DNA of 64,000 nucleotides from Chrysomallon squamiferum (lineage: Eukaryota; Animalia; Mollusca): the NCBI GenBank assembly GCA_012295275.1, contig CM022674.1, forward strand, positions 5,270,001-5,334,000, read 5' to 3'. Shown here one piece after another: positions 16,083-31,735 of this stretch. A program made the translations under genes and the position numbers. Each line of letters begins with the position of its first letter. Position 1 is the stretch's first letter. Under the pieces are notes generated by a model. That model worked only from the letters and a program-made list of their open reading frames with translations, searched no databases and had not been told where the DNA came from.

Positions 16083-18572
16083 AAGAAAGAAAAAATAAAA
16101 TTATATAAGGAAAAGAAGGAACAGGAAAGAATTTAATTTCTTTTTTCTTCTTTTTATTCAAATTTTCTTGAATTTTTTCATTTTGATCTTCTTCATGTAT
16201 TTAAAATTACATTTTTCTTTTTCTTCTTTCTTAGAAAAATAATATTATTAAGATATTTGTTTCTGATTTATAGTCTCATTATTATTGTTGTTGTTGTTGT
16301 TGCTTTGTTGGTATTACTACTACTACAATCAGATTTTTCTTTATCACTATTTTCTGACTCAGTTATTTCATTTTTCTTTTCTTTTGTTTTCTTTTTGTGA
16401 TAAATTTACATCAAAAAATAAAATGAAATAAAATAAATAAATAAAGTTAAATAAATAAATAATGTAATATAATGCAATGTAATATAATATAATATAATAT
16501 AATATAATATAATATAATATAATATAATATAATATAATGTAATGTAATATAATATAATATAATATAATAAAGAAATAAATAAATAGAATAAAATAATAAG
16601 AGATCACATATTTCAGTCGCTAAATCACAAGTCCCAGCTATTCAGTTTCATAGCCAGTTTTCACTGTGCTACTTCTCAAAGTTAAAACGCTTTAAATGTT
16701 GCCTGCCAATCACTTTTGACCACTTAACGCTTTCTTCTTCGAGATATAATCAAAAAAACATATCTTTAAAAAGTCTGAAGGCAGACAACTCTTGTTAAAC
16801 GAAGATACTTGATCGAGAATGAAAATCGAAAATTAACGCGGAAACGTTATCGTCTGCTCAGTGTGACGTTTCCAAAGTCAGCAGTTTTCCCTAAGGCCGA
16901 ACCGAGCGAAAGTTTTGTTTTACAACAGTCTCAGTTTCTTTTAATATTAACGGATATTAAATGTCAAACATTAATTTTTTTTTCCTTAGTTTATCTTTAA
17001 TTTTCTTTTAAATTTATTTATGATTTATTTTTACTGCATTAATTTTACTGCTTCAGTTAATTGATTAATCCTTTTAGTATTACTTTATTTATAACTATTA
17101 TTATCAGTTTCTTTTAATATTAACGGATATTAAATGTCAAACATGATTTTTTTTTTTTTTTTTTATTATTATTTTATCTTTAATTTTTTTTTAAATTTAT
17201 TTATGATTTATATGGTAACTACTGCACTTAATATTACTGCTTCAGTTACTATTACGATTAATCCTTCTACTACTATTACTACTACTATTACTATTACCGC
17301 TATTACCGCTGCTGCTGTTGTTTATGAGACTACTGTTCTTATTACTACAAACATCACTATTACAGCAACTACTACAACAGTAACAAAAACTACTACTACG
17401 GCTACTACTACTACAGCTACTACTGTATGTACAGATAATAATATGCATGATTACATTATGATTATGATGATACAGTTACTACCACTACATTATGAACTGT
17501 AACTATTACGATTATTACCACTACGACTACCACTACTGTTACAACTGAGACTACTATTTCTACTACTACTATCACTACTACTATTACTACTTCTACTACA
17601 CTACGACTACTACGACGTCTACTACCATTCCAACTATTACTGCTGCTAATACCATAACTACATTAAAATTAATGTTAATCAAAATGGTAATACTTTACTC
17701 AAACTACTGCAAGTAAATACTACTATTGCTACCACTATTACTACTAATACTACAACAACTACTACTAACAATAATGATAATAACAGCAATTATCAATATC
17801 ACATCTCATCATCATTATCATTATCATAACTCATCATCATCAGTATAATCATTAACATTTATCATTATCATTATCTTGATCGTGTACTCTGTTGAGACAG
17901 CGTTATTAGATTTTACCAATCAACCAAAACTGTACAAGCGATGCGAACATGAAAGGGCAAGCTCCCACTGTTGTTTATAAATACATTTACTCTTAGGATA
18001 CAAATAATTCATCTTTCGGTATGAGAAAAGAAAAAAAAAAAAAAAAAAAAAAAAGGTTAAGAAGACATATTTTCGCAGAATCCACATCAATAAACGCAAA
18101 ACAGAAATTGCGATTCGTTCTCGCTCCAGCTCGGTCGCAGTACGAGTACAATCAGGATTTGGTCGTCCACAACGGAAACAGGTTCCCAGGGAGTTAATAT
18201 CCATATTTGTCACGCGGCGGTGAAAGGAAATTTTGAAATATTTCCGTCTCGCGCGAATTAGAACAGATTAGAAATTCTTGCCACCTGTCCCTTGTGACAT
18301 ATGCCTGTGACGTTTGAACGATGGGTCTGAAGCGAACTAATAACGAACCCAAAGTAAATATGAGAACGCTGTCATTTTTGTTCGGTGGATACGTTTGTTG
18401 TGATTTAACGACGTTACTTCGTCGAAGGTTTCCGCGCGGGCCGAAAGCAAAAAAATTGATAAATCATTTCCGGGGAAAATGATGACGTGTGAGAGGTCAT
18501 GGATTTTTGTTTTGTTTTGTAATCTTCCAATTTAAACTTACGCGTTTGTTGACGTGGTCATGAACTTAATGA

Positions 18573-18650
<78 letters not shown>

Positions 18651-18782
18651 CTTAATCTTACAAATTCTCGACTGGCGAACGCCTGTTGCTTTAAAAATCA
18701 TCAAGTAGGCGTTATATTAATAAAACATTGTTGAGTCTTAAACCTGACATCTGCGTATTATGTATAATGACGTACTATAACG

Positions 18783-19109
18783 CAGAGGTGCCGACACTTT
18801 TTCTTTTTGGCTTGCGAGCTACTTTTTAAATTACCAAGTCAGAATGTTCTACTTACAATAAAAACGCAAAACATGTATTTATTTATTTATTTATTTATTT
18901 ATACTAAGTATCTTACATTTACAATATATGTTGGTGTACCTTGCATAACAGCATGAACCTGTATGGCACAATACAAGACAGTTCCTTTTTGCCCATCGCC
19001 TTACTCTGATGACTTGCATTTGCACTTGCAGGATGGATGATAGACTATTTTTTTAGTGTCATGCGATCTACCCACACTGTCTATGCGATTGACATATTGG
19101 GCACCACTG
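18783..19109. mobile_element. Non-autonomous hAT (Charlie-like) DNA transposon / MITE
   Basis: Imperfect TIRs CAGAGGTGCCGA (18783) and, on the reverse strand, CAGTGGTGCCCA (ending 19109). Flanking 8-mers ctataacg / ctatagca match at 6 of 8 positions, consistent with an aged 8-bp hAT TSD. Confidence 0.6.
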
Positions 19110-19350
19110 CTATAGCATGTAGACTGTTTGCAGTAGAACCACAGAAGGCAAATCAGAAACAGATAACAGCATGTAATAAACCCTTATTAAAGAATAGGTT
19201 TATCACGGCATACTCATCTTAAAACAGTAATCAGCTATTCCCTGCATACGTCAGATTTGGTACTTATTAAGGTGTTGTCATACGTCTTCATTTGAGTGAA
19301 CCGTCTTGATAGTCAGTAATTGTACAGTGGAGGGATTTGTGCAGATAGTG

Positions 19351-19458
<108 letters not shown>

Positions 19459-20076
19459 ACGCTATCTACTTGTTAAAACCCTTCACATTAATTCAAGAAT
19501 TAAGTAGCTTATTATAATCTTCATTTTTTTATGCCACTCTCATCTCCGTAAACGTCTTGCAAAAACATCTTTTTCCATTACAAATTCACGATCCTTTTGG
19601 GTTTTTTTTCTTCCACTTCTTGTTCTTCATTTCGAAATCACCACAGAGAGTATTTATTTAACCTTCACCGCCAGAATCGAAACTATTTTTTACTGCATGA
19701 CATTTTTTTTTCACCAATCTCTCGATACGTCGACTGTATTCTGGATTCTGGGCTCAACGTTACATCTGAAATCGCGTGGTATGAGCACGGCCTTTAAATT
19801 TGTGTTTGGTCTGCTGCTAGTGCTGCCTGCTAATAGTAAACCATAGAAACGCGCCTTTAAAGCACTAATGCCGTTATTAAAGTTTAGTTGCTGGTCGAGG
19901 ACTCTGGCAGACGCAGTGATTGGATTAAACTGTTTTCTCTGCCAATGTGAAACACTTTAATCACAGACAGGGTCCTAATTAACTCCTCAAGAAGGAGGGA
20001 CAGTTAGAACACCGCATCGACCAGCACTGAGTACAGGAAATCGTACGGGAATGGCTGATTATGAGTGTGTAGGTGT

Positions 20077-20078
<2 letters not shown>

Positions 20079-20157
<79 letters not shown>

Positions 20158-20161
20158 TGAG

Positions 20162-20192
<31 letters not shown>

Positions 20193-20193
20193 T

Positions 20194-20224
<31 letters not shown>

Positions 20225-20590
20225 TTTTTGTGTGTGTGAGAGCGCATGCGTGTTTGTGTGTGTGTATGTGTATATATGTGTGTGTGTTTGTGTATTTGTG
20301 TGTGTTTGTGTGTGTGTATGTGTGCGTGTGTGTGTGTTTGTGTGTGCGTGCGTGTTTGTGTGTGCGTGCGTGTATGTGTGTGTTTGCGTGTGTGTGTGTT
20401 TGCGTGTGTGTGTGTTTGTGTGGGTGTGTATGTATGTATGTGTATGTGTGTATGTGATAGTTGAGATGTTTGTGTGTACGTATGTGAGTGTGTGTGCTGT
20501 CTGTGTATGTGGATGTATCTACGTATATTTCAGTAGATAGTTGTGTGTGTGCATATGTATATGTATTGTGTGTGTCTATGTATGTGTGTG
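20079..20590. repeat. Compound (GT)n / degenerate GT-rich microsatellite
   Basis: About 500 bp of GT repeats with variants. Confidence 0.9.
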
Positions 20591-20815
20591 CTTATATAGA
20601 TAGATATATATAGATATAGATATATGATTTTCATCTTCATCTTCATAAATTCATGACATCTTATTTTCTATAATTAACCGTATATAATCTAATAAATAAC
20701 CAAATCAGAACTTCGTAATATTTGTCTCATGTACGTTCTTATATATGCAGTTTCACGTGTAACAGAATGAAATGCTGGTATCTATATACATGTTTATTTT
20801 GTTTCTCTCGCTCTT

Positions 20816-20846
<31 letters not shown>

Positions 20847-22529
20847 TTTTATTAGTAGTATTAGTATTAGTAGTAGTTAATTAATATAGTCACAACAGTG
20901 GCAAAAATAATAATAACAACATGAGTTAAATGAAAATGTTTTTTATTAAACAGTTTATTCCTGCCTGCACTGACACACATTAAAGAGGTACGTGGTTAAC
21001 GTAAAGACGGGAAGTTAGACCACAAAGATACTGATGTCTGGTTGCACAGAATTCCTCTTGAAAGGATCACGTCAGATTTCGTAGTTAATGAACGTATCCG
21101 TATTCGTCCCAAACTTCATAATATTGATTAAGATTTTCTTTCAGTAGAAGATACGATACTGCCTATAAAAATGTTTGTTTTGCACTAGAGAATAATGGAC
21201 TTCCGTTGTTGGAATGCGCATGCTTGTGACATATTAAAACCGCTTCAATTATATCACGTTTGAAATGAAGGAATGAATGCTTAATATTTTTTTTCTTTTA
21301 GCACGTCTTGTGTATATAATAGTTATTAGATATCTCACTTAAGATTGCTGTATTATGCATAACAAAAAAAAAAAAAAAAAAAAAAAATGCCATTCCATTA
21401 ACTTTTCTTTATTAGCAGCACACCATAATTTTACTACACCGTCTCATAAACAGGAATACAAAACAAAGGCTTTTTGATAAAAGGCCGCAGCAGATGAACT
21501 CCTCTTCTTTAAACAGGCGTCTCAAATCCGTTCAGTTAAATAGCTTAAGTCTGCATCCGTATTTTAGCGACTGGATGAATTGAGTTTAAATGAACCAAAT
21601 AATAATAAGTCTAGGAACAGATTCCATTTATGTTTCAAATACAGCTTATAGTCGCAACGTTATATGTAAATAATTTTTTACTTGCCAAAAAAAAAAAAAA
21701 AAAAAAACACAAAACACAAAAAACACAACATATCACTATGCAGCTCGGAAAAACATTCGTTTTTCAGAATTTCACAAAAGGGAGCCTCAACTTGAAATAA
21801 TCAAAACTTTAAAGTATGCAGAGTATATATTTTATCCATATCTTCTCATTACCAAGGATAATCTTTAAATGTTGTAAAATATTCTTTGGCATACGATTAT
21901 ACAAATAACAAAAAAAGTCAGTTTACGAAGAATTCTTTATTTTTTATTTTTACTGTATTTACAACATATATTTCATGTACATACGCACAAAATAAATCGT
22001 CTTATCACGTTTCTTTTCGTAATGTTGTTGCCATCTTGTCCAGTAGTCTACGTTTTTTTTTAGCCTTCAGATATGTGTGTCGATATTTCTTTCCGAGTCT
22101 GTGTCAATGGGTGTGTAAACGCCATTCTGTACAAGTTCTGAATTATTATTATTATTATTATTCATGCAGTCTGAAACATTATATTAATGAAAATAGAAAT
22201 TTTATAGTTCAGATCTGTGTATTACGACCATGTGAATATCAGTCAGTTCGTTACAATACGCAGGGTCATACGTATACCGTAATCATCTGTCAAATTAGTG
22301 TGTGTTGTGTGTGTACGTATGTGGGTGGATACGTATACATCACAAATCCTTTAAGGGTTGGATTGGCTTCATACCGTAAATCCTTAAATAAGACTGTTTA
22401 TTAAAAATCGTTAAATGACTTAAGCTTCTATTTCAAAATTCGTGCACCAATGTCATATAATTTGTACATATTTTTAACTGTTATAATTTTATCAATATAC
22501 ATATATATAATAACCTAAATGATGATGGT

Positions 22530-22603
<74 letters not shown>

Positions 22604-23356
22604 TAATACAGGTACTAAACCATCCATCCAGCTTCTAGGTAACTGGGTTCAAAAGTTCATCTGTTAAAACAGTTTCACTGTTTATATTATATTTCAAATT
22701 GTTTGACATCTCTGTAACAATAACAGTACTTCGAAAACCAACTGGCAGCTAAGCCAGTCTTATTAAAGGATTTATGATATGGATATATAAAACGGAGGAC
22801 ACAATTACTGTCTATTTAAAGACTTACATTACGATTTATATTACTATAAAACACTTGACTCAAGGCACATAATCATAATCTAGGTTTTAAATGCGAAGAC
22901 AAGGGCAACAGCAAATGCAAACAATCTTTTATCATCAACATTTCAATCCTTCTTGGCTATATAATTTTCTTCTTCCTTGTTCAACATATTCAAATAATAA
23001 CCAATATTATTATTATTATTTTTTAAGCAGCAAATATATAATCATTTTTATGTATACAATTGTGTGATAATTATTTTAAAACCATGATAACAGTTTTGAC
23101 ATTTACAAACCTTTATGTATTAAATTTCGTTTTGGTATAATGAAAGAAAAAAAAATATATATTACTAACATGATTTAACTTTCTTTGTCTTACATAAAAA
23201 AATTAATAAATAATAATAAAAATAAATAAATTAAAATATAAATGTAAAAGATAAATTTACCAAAAAAAAAAAAAAAAACACTAATAAATAATAATAATAA
23301 CCTATATGAAAAACAAAGATATTTAAAACAAATTAAATAAGATAAATTTTGTTTTA

Positions 23357-23399
23357 GGCTATCTCCCGTTCCAACCAGTGCTCAACTTGTGTATCAAAG
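23357..23399 (+). mobile_element. SINE core fragment
   Basis: GGCTATCTCCCGTTCCAACCAGTGCTC matches the core at 7802-7825. Confidence 0.45.
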
Positions 23400-25078
23400 A
23401 CATTTTTGCGTGTTTGACCGTCTCTAGCATGTAAAGCAGCTCGTGTTGCTGTACACAAAAGTGAGTAAGTAAATAAACAAATAATAAAATAAATCTAGGT
23501 ACACTCCAGCTGTTAAGAGAGAAAAGAAAAATGAGAAAAATTCAATTTAGTTACGAAGCTAAAAGGTAAAACACACAATAACAAAAATCTATACTAGAAT
23601 TAAGCTGTGTACATAAAACAAAACCACCCCAAGCATTTGCTCCTTTGAACACCTACACCAGAATTTTGTTTTTACATTGTAAAAGAGCAGTACATGAAAA
23701 GCAACTGATAAACATATATAACATATACAATACTTATTTAAATAAAAAAACATGATATGAGCCAGTAATTATATATATATATATGTTCCCCATCCTATAC
23801 AGAATACACTATTTAATCTTTCTTAATCGATTCATAAGGAAAAATTATAATACAGTTAAGATACAGATTCATTGTATAAACTATACACATATAGTCTTCA
23901 TAAAAGATTTTCAATTTCAAAATATCATTTATTAATACTGATACTAGACACTTTTGTTTTTGTAACTGAAGTGTGTGAATATATATTTTTTAAATAATAA
24001 TGATATAAGTATGCACCTCAATTCAAATAAAAATAATAACAATGAAAAAAATAAATAAATAAATAAATAAATTTAAAAAAACTGAACTACAACAAAAATC
24101 ATTAATTTTGAGACAAAAACAAATGCCCACACAAAATTATCCTGAATCAAAAATACAGAGAATAGGAAAACAGAATATAATTTAGTGTCACATTTATGAA
24201 GCCTATTATAGTCTTTGTCGAGTATTACAACAAAATATTTACATTTTTGTTAAACTTAAAAGTCTACACTGAAGTAAATCGTCTCCAGGAATTCAAAACT
24301 TATTATTTTACAGCAATAAGGTTTTATTTTGAATGAAACCTGAGCAAAATTTTGAATTCTCTTATTTCACCGATCTAAAATTAAATACAAAATAAAAAAA
24401 GTTATGATAGCATTCTTATATCAGTCTGCGGTTTTATGTTTCAGTGTGTCTGAGTGTCATTATATAATTTTTATATCTGAGTTTGTTAACTGATGTTGAA
24501 TTTATTTGCAGTAAGCCTTAAGATGATAGAAGTATTGTTACTGTAGCAGACAAACATAATCAAAAATAAAATAAATAACTATGTGTTTAGTATTCACAAA
24601 AAACTATTCTTTGCACCTAATGTTATTAATTTTTTTTTTACAATCCAAAGAAATAAACAAAGAACAAAAAGACAATTAAAAACAACAAGTCAAACCTATC
24701 TTTTAACATATCAAATATATAAAAAAAATAAATAAATAAAAAAATTAATTTTAAAAAATTTAATAAAAATAACAAGGCGCTCTTTTAAAAAAAAAAAAAA
24801 ATCAAAATTGGGTTGGAACAGGATATTCTACAATACAACCACCACTGACGTCAATATCAGTTTTTTGACTAATATTTGAAAAACAAAATGACACACTGTT
24901 ATCACAATCAGGGTCAGAAACATTTTTTTTTTTTTTTAATGTTAAAATAAAAAAAAATAAAAAATAAAAAAAAATCCCACATTAGTATATTAAACTAAAA
25001 AAAATAAAAAAACAGAACATTTTTTTAAATTAAAATCATGAAAAAAACGAAGCCCGAGCAAGTTTGTCCAAACTTCCG

Positions 25079-25663
25079 TCAGTCTACAACACTTCGTAAC
25101 ACGTATTTAACAGTGTATGCAAACGCCGCGAATCCTATAAGAACAAAAACGTTGGCAAGGGCACTGCCGAAGATGCCCTGATTGCGGTTGTGTAAAACGG
25201 TGTTAGGCTGCCCGATGAGCCCACCGTTACTGTCTGTCCGTCCAGCTCCCAGTTTCCCACTCGAGTCTGTCGATTTCTTCATTTCTTCTTCCCTCTTTTT
25301 GATTTCTTTCCGAATTTCCTAATAATGATAATAATAATAATAATCTTGAAAAAATACAGTAATAATGATAACAATCTTAAAAAAATACAGTAATAATAAT
25401 AAGAATAATCTTAAAAATACAGTAATAATAATAACAATGATCTTAAAAAATACAGTAATAATAATAACAATAATCCTAACAAATACAGTAATAATAATAA
25501 CAAAAATCTTAAAAATACAGTAATAATAATACAAATAATCTTAACAATATAGTATTAATAATACAAAAAAATAATAATAATAACAGCGATAAGAATAAAA
25601 AAATAACAAAAATAATAATAAATAAATAATAAAAACAAACTAACTACAAGTAACAATAAGAAT

Positions 25664-25696
<33 letters not shown>

Positions 25697-28600
25697 AATC
25701 ATGATAATATAGCTTTGAAATTAAATATTACTAAAATTCCCAGTAACTGTAAATTCTAATGATATATCCAGTACTATAAACTATATCAGTTTAACTAAAA
25801 CTAACTAAAGAAATAAATAAACTGTAACACATGTATTTTATAGGACTTTCACGATGGATTTTTTTCTTTTCAAACACAAAAAAATGAGCTGTTTTTTAGT
25901 TATTTTTTCAAACCTATTAAAATTGTTTTCTGTCTTTATGCAAATACTGTGTGTTTCAAAACATATGAACTAAATATACAGAGAAAGTGAATTTAACACT
26001 TAACGAACCTCTGCTGTTCCAGGAAAAAGTTCACAGAAAATTTTGTTTTGAAGATTGAACGGGCCACTTTGAGCAGCTAACTGACGCTTCTAGAAAATAA
26101 ACAAATAAACAAACAAATAAACAAATATAAATATTAATAATAGTAATAATCATTAAGATAATGATAATCTATTAAGATAAATGATAATACTAATAATATA
26201 AGAAATGTTAATACTAATAATATAAATGTTAATAATAATATAATAATCATTAAGATAATGATAATACTAATGATGATGATGATGAATATGATAATAATAA
26301 TAACACAAATATTGTTAATAATAATGAAAATCAATTAATTAGATGTAAATTATTTAGGCACAACTCTTTCACAGTAATTTTTGTCATCAACACTTACATG
26401 ACAAAATAAGAAAAAAACTAAAAGAAGACAAAATAATATTCCATGTTATATCCAATTACTGTATTAGTAAAAATAAATTATTTATCATAAAAATAAAATA
26501 AAATAAAAAAAGAACTATCGAGAATAGATCTCTCTTGCTTATGTTACTCAGTAAAAACAGAACTTACTGTGTAATCCGATGTTTCAATGCTGCCAAGCGT
26601 AGGACTTCGTTCAAGCTAAACAAAAGTTAAAAATTAAAATAAAATGGATACATAAACAATGAAACAGATTGTAAAACTTAATACAAGCAGTTATGTATTT
26701 CATTTTACTATTACATTCAAATTCACACACATTTAATTATCATACACAAAATGACTCATTTTATTATTATTACATTCAAATTTCATACTTTATTATTACA
26801 TTCACTGCACATATTTGATTATTACATTCAAATTAACACAGACTTTATTATTATTACCATCAAATTCACACACAGTTTTTATTTTTATATTCAAATTCAC
26901 CTGGCTCTAATTCAGTTCACACACACCTACAAATAAATGTAACAAACTCTGGAGGTATATTAACCACACACTACCTAAGCCAGGGTACTGACACAAACAA
27001 CACAGCCAATAAGAAGGTACTGTACTAGCCTGAGATACAACAAAAAAATAATAGATATATTTTTTTGTTCACATCTCCGTGAGCCAAGAGTATTGAGAAG
27101 TTGAAATTATGATACCTCTAGAAATTGCTATAGAAAGAGGTAAAGATAACCCAATGAATTCAAAAGTGACATAAAATCCAATCAATTGTGTCCCTTGAAA
27201 TTCCGTTTCCACTGTAGGTATTTTCACATTTTTCGTGTTGCCTAAAAGCTACTTAAACAATACAGATACAATTAATTATTCCTGTTCTGAAATCTTTGTA
27301 ACATACTACACGAAATTCAAAGTAAAATAAATGTATAATATAAACAAAACTAATAATATAGATACCATTTACCAAATACTTAAACACATTCCACTCCATA
27401 CTAAGAAGACCCCCAACAAACAAGAAGAAAAAATAGTCATGATTTCAGTTTTAGATAACAGACAGATAACTATATATGTTTGTTACAAAAAAAACAACCA
27501 AACAAGTTAAAAAAAAGAAAAAAAAAGAGAAGAAATGAAGAGAAGTTAGATATTGGTGTGTACATCTTCCCATATATCTATATCTATATCTGTATCTCTA
27601 TATATATATAAAAGGTCAGTTTATTGTAAAGTTTGGATTTCCGAGAGCTCTGGTTGGAACGAGATATTAAAATAATACTCACCATGAAGCTAAGGAGACC
27701 TGTGAGTATTGTAGAAACTGACCAAGCAGGGTTCCATGTATCTGGGTGAAAATCACTGATTGATAAGCACAACCTGAGAAAAATTAAAAATAATGTATAA
27801 AATACACAGAGATGTAGCTCATAATATGTGTATTGACAGACAGACAGTCATACAGACATAAAAAAAATATATATATCTCTAAAATCCAAATATACATGGC
27901 TGACATGTAACAAACATGTGGTTCTTTGAAAAATAATTTTATCAACTGAATGTCATGTAAAAAAAAAAATATATGATTCATACTTTATTATTATTAATTT
28001 TCATGTGACAAATGAATTCACAGAGAGGAATCTGAATAAGTTAAATGCCATGTTTTATGTGTTTACAGTAGACAATTAAACCATAAAATGATAAATGTAT
28101 CAGCAATTAAACATCAGATGTAAAATGTCAGACATTATAGTTAATTATCAATCATTTGAAACATGTTTTGTCAGATATACAATTAATCATACTTAAAATG
28201 TACTTTATCAGGTATTAAATTACAATTAAATTGTAATTTAAAATGTATTTTGTCAGGTATTGCATTACAGTTAATCATAGTTCTGTTTAAACATGGCTCA
28301 GAAACAAAAGAATTTTTTTGTTCACCTTGTATTACATTTGAATCTGCCATTTGGCGTAATCATGTATATACTGGGAGGCTTAAATGGAAACTCTCGAGGA
28401 AAAATTAATTTTCCATGGTAAATTCCACCTGTCAAAAAGAGAATTTTTATCATCATTTTACACAGGTCAAAATAATATAAAATAAATAAATAAAAAATTA
28501 AAAAATATAAAAATAAAAAGTGATAACGATAATATTCATGAAAAAAAATATATATTAAGCACCATAAAAGTATGATGCTATAAAACAGTAAATAGTGTTA

Positions 28601-29537
28601 CAATTTTTTTTACTACTGTTCATCAAGAAAAACAATTTCAGACATAAACTGAAATCCAAATAATAAATTAATTGTTTTTGCTTCCTTGTAATAGTATTAT
28701 TATTTTATTCGATACAAATCTGTAACCATTCTCTCCTTTTAAAGATATAAAGTAATTAATCTTCTGTACCTTCATATGGTGTTTTTTCTGGCCCATGGAC
28801 AATGTAATGCCTAAAAAGAATTAAAAATTAAAAAAGGCTTATATTTCCTAATAATAAACACTTAAATAAAATCACATGTTATGCATACAGAAAAAAGTGA
28901 TGTGTGTTGTGTTTATTTGTGTGTCAATGATAATATAAATTATCATATTAAATATGGTGATTCTTTATAAAGAAAATTGCTAGTAAATATATTTATATTT
29001 TCAAATGCTTTAAAATAAATAAATTATATATGACAAAAATATATGAAATGATATTGAAATAAAACAAGTAAACAATTTATTAACAAATAATTAAAAACTT
29101 AATACAAAAAGGAATTTAAAATAATAATAATAATAATTTACCTGCAAAAGCAAACCCACTTAATGACTTAAGTTAGTAATGGAATACTTCAGTCACTGGT
29201 TTACATTTATGTATGAAAAAAACATAAAGTGTATGATAAACATCCCCAACAACCAGAAAGAAAGAAAAACCAGAATAACAACAGCATTGTTTGAGGTTTC
29301 TGGGTTGTTGTTTTTTTTTAAATATAAAAAAAAGAAACGGTAACAAAAGAAATTAAAATAGCAATAACAACCTGTATAATGGAGAAAATTAAGGAAGCAA
29401 AAACAAAAGACTCACCATTCGAGTATGTTGGAGGGTAGGGGTATGGCTGATACGTAGGGTACTGGATCTTTAATTATGCGAATGTAATCTTGTTTCAGTC
29501 TGGCTGTCGCTGTGGTGTTGACTCGTTTTACTGACAT
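25079..29537 (-). CDS. UBE2J2: Ubiquitin-conjugating enzyme E2 J2 (Ubc6-type, ER tail-anchored), 7 coding exons, 241 aa
   Basis: Exons 29537-29416, 28810-28770, 28428-28326, 27773-27683, 26615-26568, 26089-26009, 25318-25079. All introns are GT-AG with matching phases (726 nt). Translation [119 protein letters not shown]... has the Ubc6/J2 signatures (TPNGRF, catalytic [10 protein letters not shown]) and a C-terminal TM segment ([18 protein letters not shown]). Confidence 0.96.
25341..25565. repeat. About 32-bp minisatellite (about 7 copies, AATCTTAAAAATACAGTAATAATAATAACAA) next to the last UBE2J2 acceptor
   Basis: Directly visible tandem units. Confidence 0.8.
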
Positions 29538-30459
29538 CTTAGATAATTTAGTGAAAACAGTTTCTGTGGACTAGAAAATTAAAACGAAATATTTTTAAAA
29601 AGAAAAAAGTAAATAAAAGAGAGAAGATAATAATAATATTACAAACTTTAATGGTTATGGGTAATAACAATCAAGATTAGTAGGCTAAACTTGTACACAT
29701 TCTAAAGGGATTCTTCATTTTAGAAGTATTTTACTTCAAATGAAAATGCTGTTTGATGTGATAAATAAAAACAAAAAATAAGACTATTTAAAGTGTTATT
29801 ATCATCTATTTGAAGTATAATATATTTATAATTTATTTCAATACTCAACTGCAGTGACAAAGCTGGCAATGTTAAAATAATGTCTAAAATTATTTGTGGT
29901 TCAAAAGTTTTAACTAAAGCTTTTTATAATCATAATCATACTATGCTGTTATTATTTTTACCTAGGAGATACATGTAAAAGTATGAAGACATTCTAGTGA
30001 ACTTAATAAAAACATCAGTGTAAAATCAATACTATTAAAATGATACAGTGGCTACATTATAGTATTTTTAAATTTTTATTTTCTTTATATTAAATTTATA
30101 TTCTTTAATTTAGTTCCTTATCTTATAGCTCTAAACGATATGCGTCTAATGCTTATGTAACTGGTGTTATATTATACAATACACTAAGTTACTTTTGTGA
30201 TATAGATAATGTTAAAATATTCTGCAATGAAGTTGACAAACCGGCTTCGATTTAACAAATCACAAAGTCGCAAGTCAAAATGACCGAAGTAGAACTAAAA
30301 GTGAAACCGATTATTTTTGGTTATCTTTGAACTGTAATAAGATGTATTAAACATGTCAAATTTTAGAAAATATATATAACAGGATTTGCCTTGACGTGAA
30401 ATGTCGTCGTTAGTGATAGTACAGTAAATACAAATCATAGTAATTGTCATCAAAAGTAC

Positions 30460-30560
30460 CTTATAACGTCGACATATTTCCACTTTTCAGGAAGTAATTT
30501 GTTGTTGTGAATCATGCCATATACGTCGTCTTCCCTACTCCGCCTGTTCGTATTTTCCAC
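30460..30560 (-). promoter_or_regulatory. Putative non-coding first exon/promoter of UBE2J2
   Basis: The ATG exon is preceded by an acceptor (ttttctag at 29572-29571). A donor AAG|gtactt lies at 30459 in a locally CpG-richer patch. The upstream boundary is approximate. Confidence 0.5.
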
Positions 30561-30825
30561 CATCGGTGCACGGAGCACCATGGTATATTTATTCAGCACT
30601 AAAAACATTAAAACATTTTAATTCTGTGCTCAACAAAAAATAATAGGTAGAATTATCAGGTCGATGTCAGGTATTACAGTTCCTCTATTTTGTTTTGCAA
30701 AATTTCACCTTTTTGTATAAGGTGTAATGTAATTTAGTAATGTCATTATGGTCTGGCGTGCACAGGCAAATATGTGTCTGGTGTGTGTGTATGTGGGGGG
30801 GGGGCGAGGTGGTGGTTGGGCGTGT

Positions 30826-30886
<61 letters not shown>

Positions 30887-30954
30887 TATTTAATATGTTT
30901 CTATCTATTAATTAAATATAATTATTATTTTTAATTATTAATGTTTTTGTTACT

Positions 30955-31017
<63 letters not shown>

Positions 31018-31105
31018 TATTATTTTTCTATCTATTCATTATATATTTTTATTATCTTTTAATTATATATTATTATTATTTTTACTCTCATTATTATTAT
31101 TATTA

Positions 31106-31153
<48 letters not shown>

Positions 31154-31687
31154 TAAGTGATGCAATCATATCAAATCCTCAGTGACATTAACGGCATTTT
31201 GATTTTCTTTCAAAACGTAATTTTATTTCCTTCCAAATAGAAGAGTTCTGGCCGTTAAACGTCTGACATTCATACAGACTGAAAAGTGCATACAGCGGGT
31301 TGTTACCTCAGCAAAATGTCTACGTTAAGTAGCTCTACATATAAGATAAGCGGGCTTTTCGTGAAGAAATAACTGTTTGTCTGATAAACACTTACGAGTC
31401 ATATCTCGCTATAAAGAACTCGACTTTCCGTACGACGAAACAAAATAAAGATCGTCTAAAGTTTTGACATCCTCAATTGGTTTATTTTATTGCTGAGAGA
31501 TTGTGTTTGTTGATGAACAACAACGTCAACAGCCACAGGGAGTAGTAGTGGTCGTGGTAGTAGTAGCAGTAGTAATTATAATGATAGTAATTATAATGAT
31601 GATGATTATAACAAAAACAACAACAATAATAGCAATACCAACATAAACTACAATAATAAAAACAACGTTATCAATGATGACAACTGC

Positions 31688-31735
<48 letters not shown>

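Noticed and set aside
21886-22404. 172-aa plus-strand ORF and a basic minus-strand stretch near 22000-22130
   Set aside because: No recognisable domain or consistent splice frame; probably UTR or intergenic sequence.
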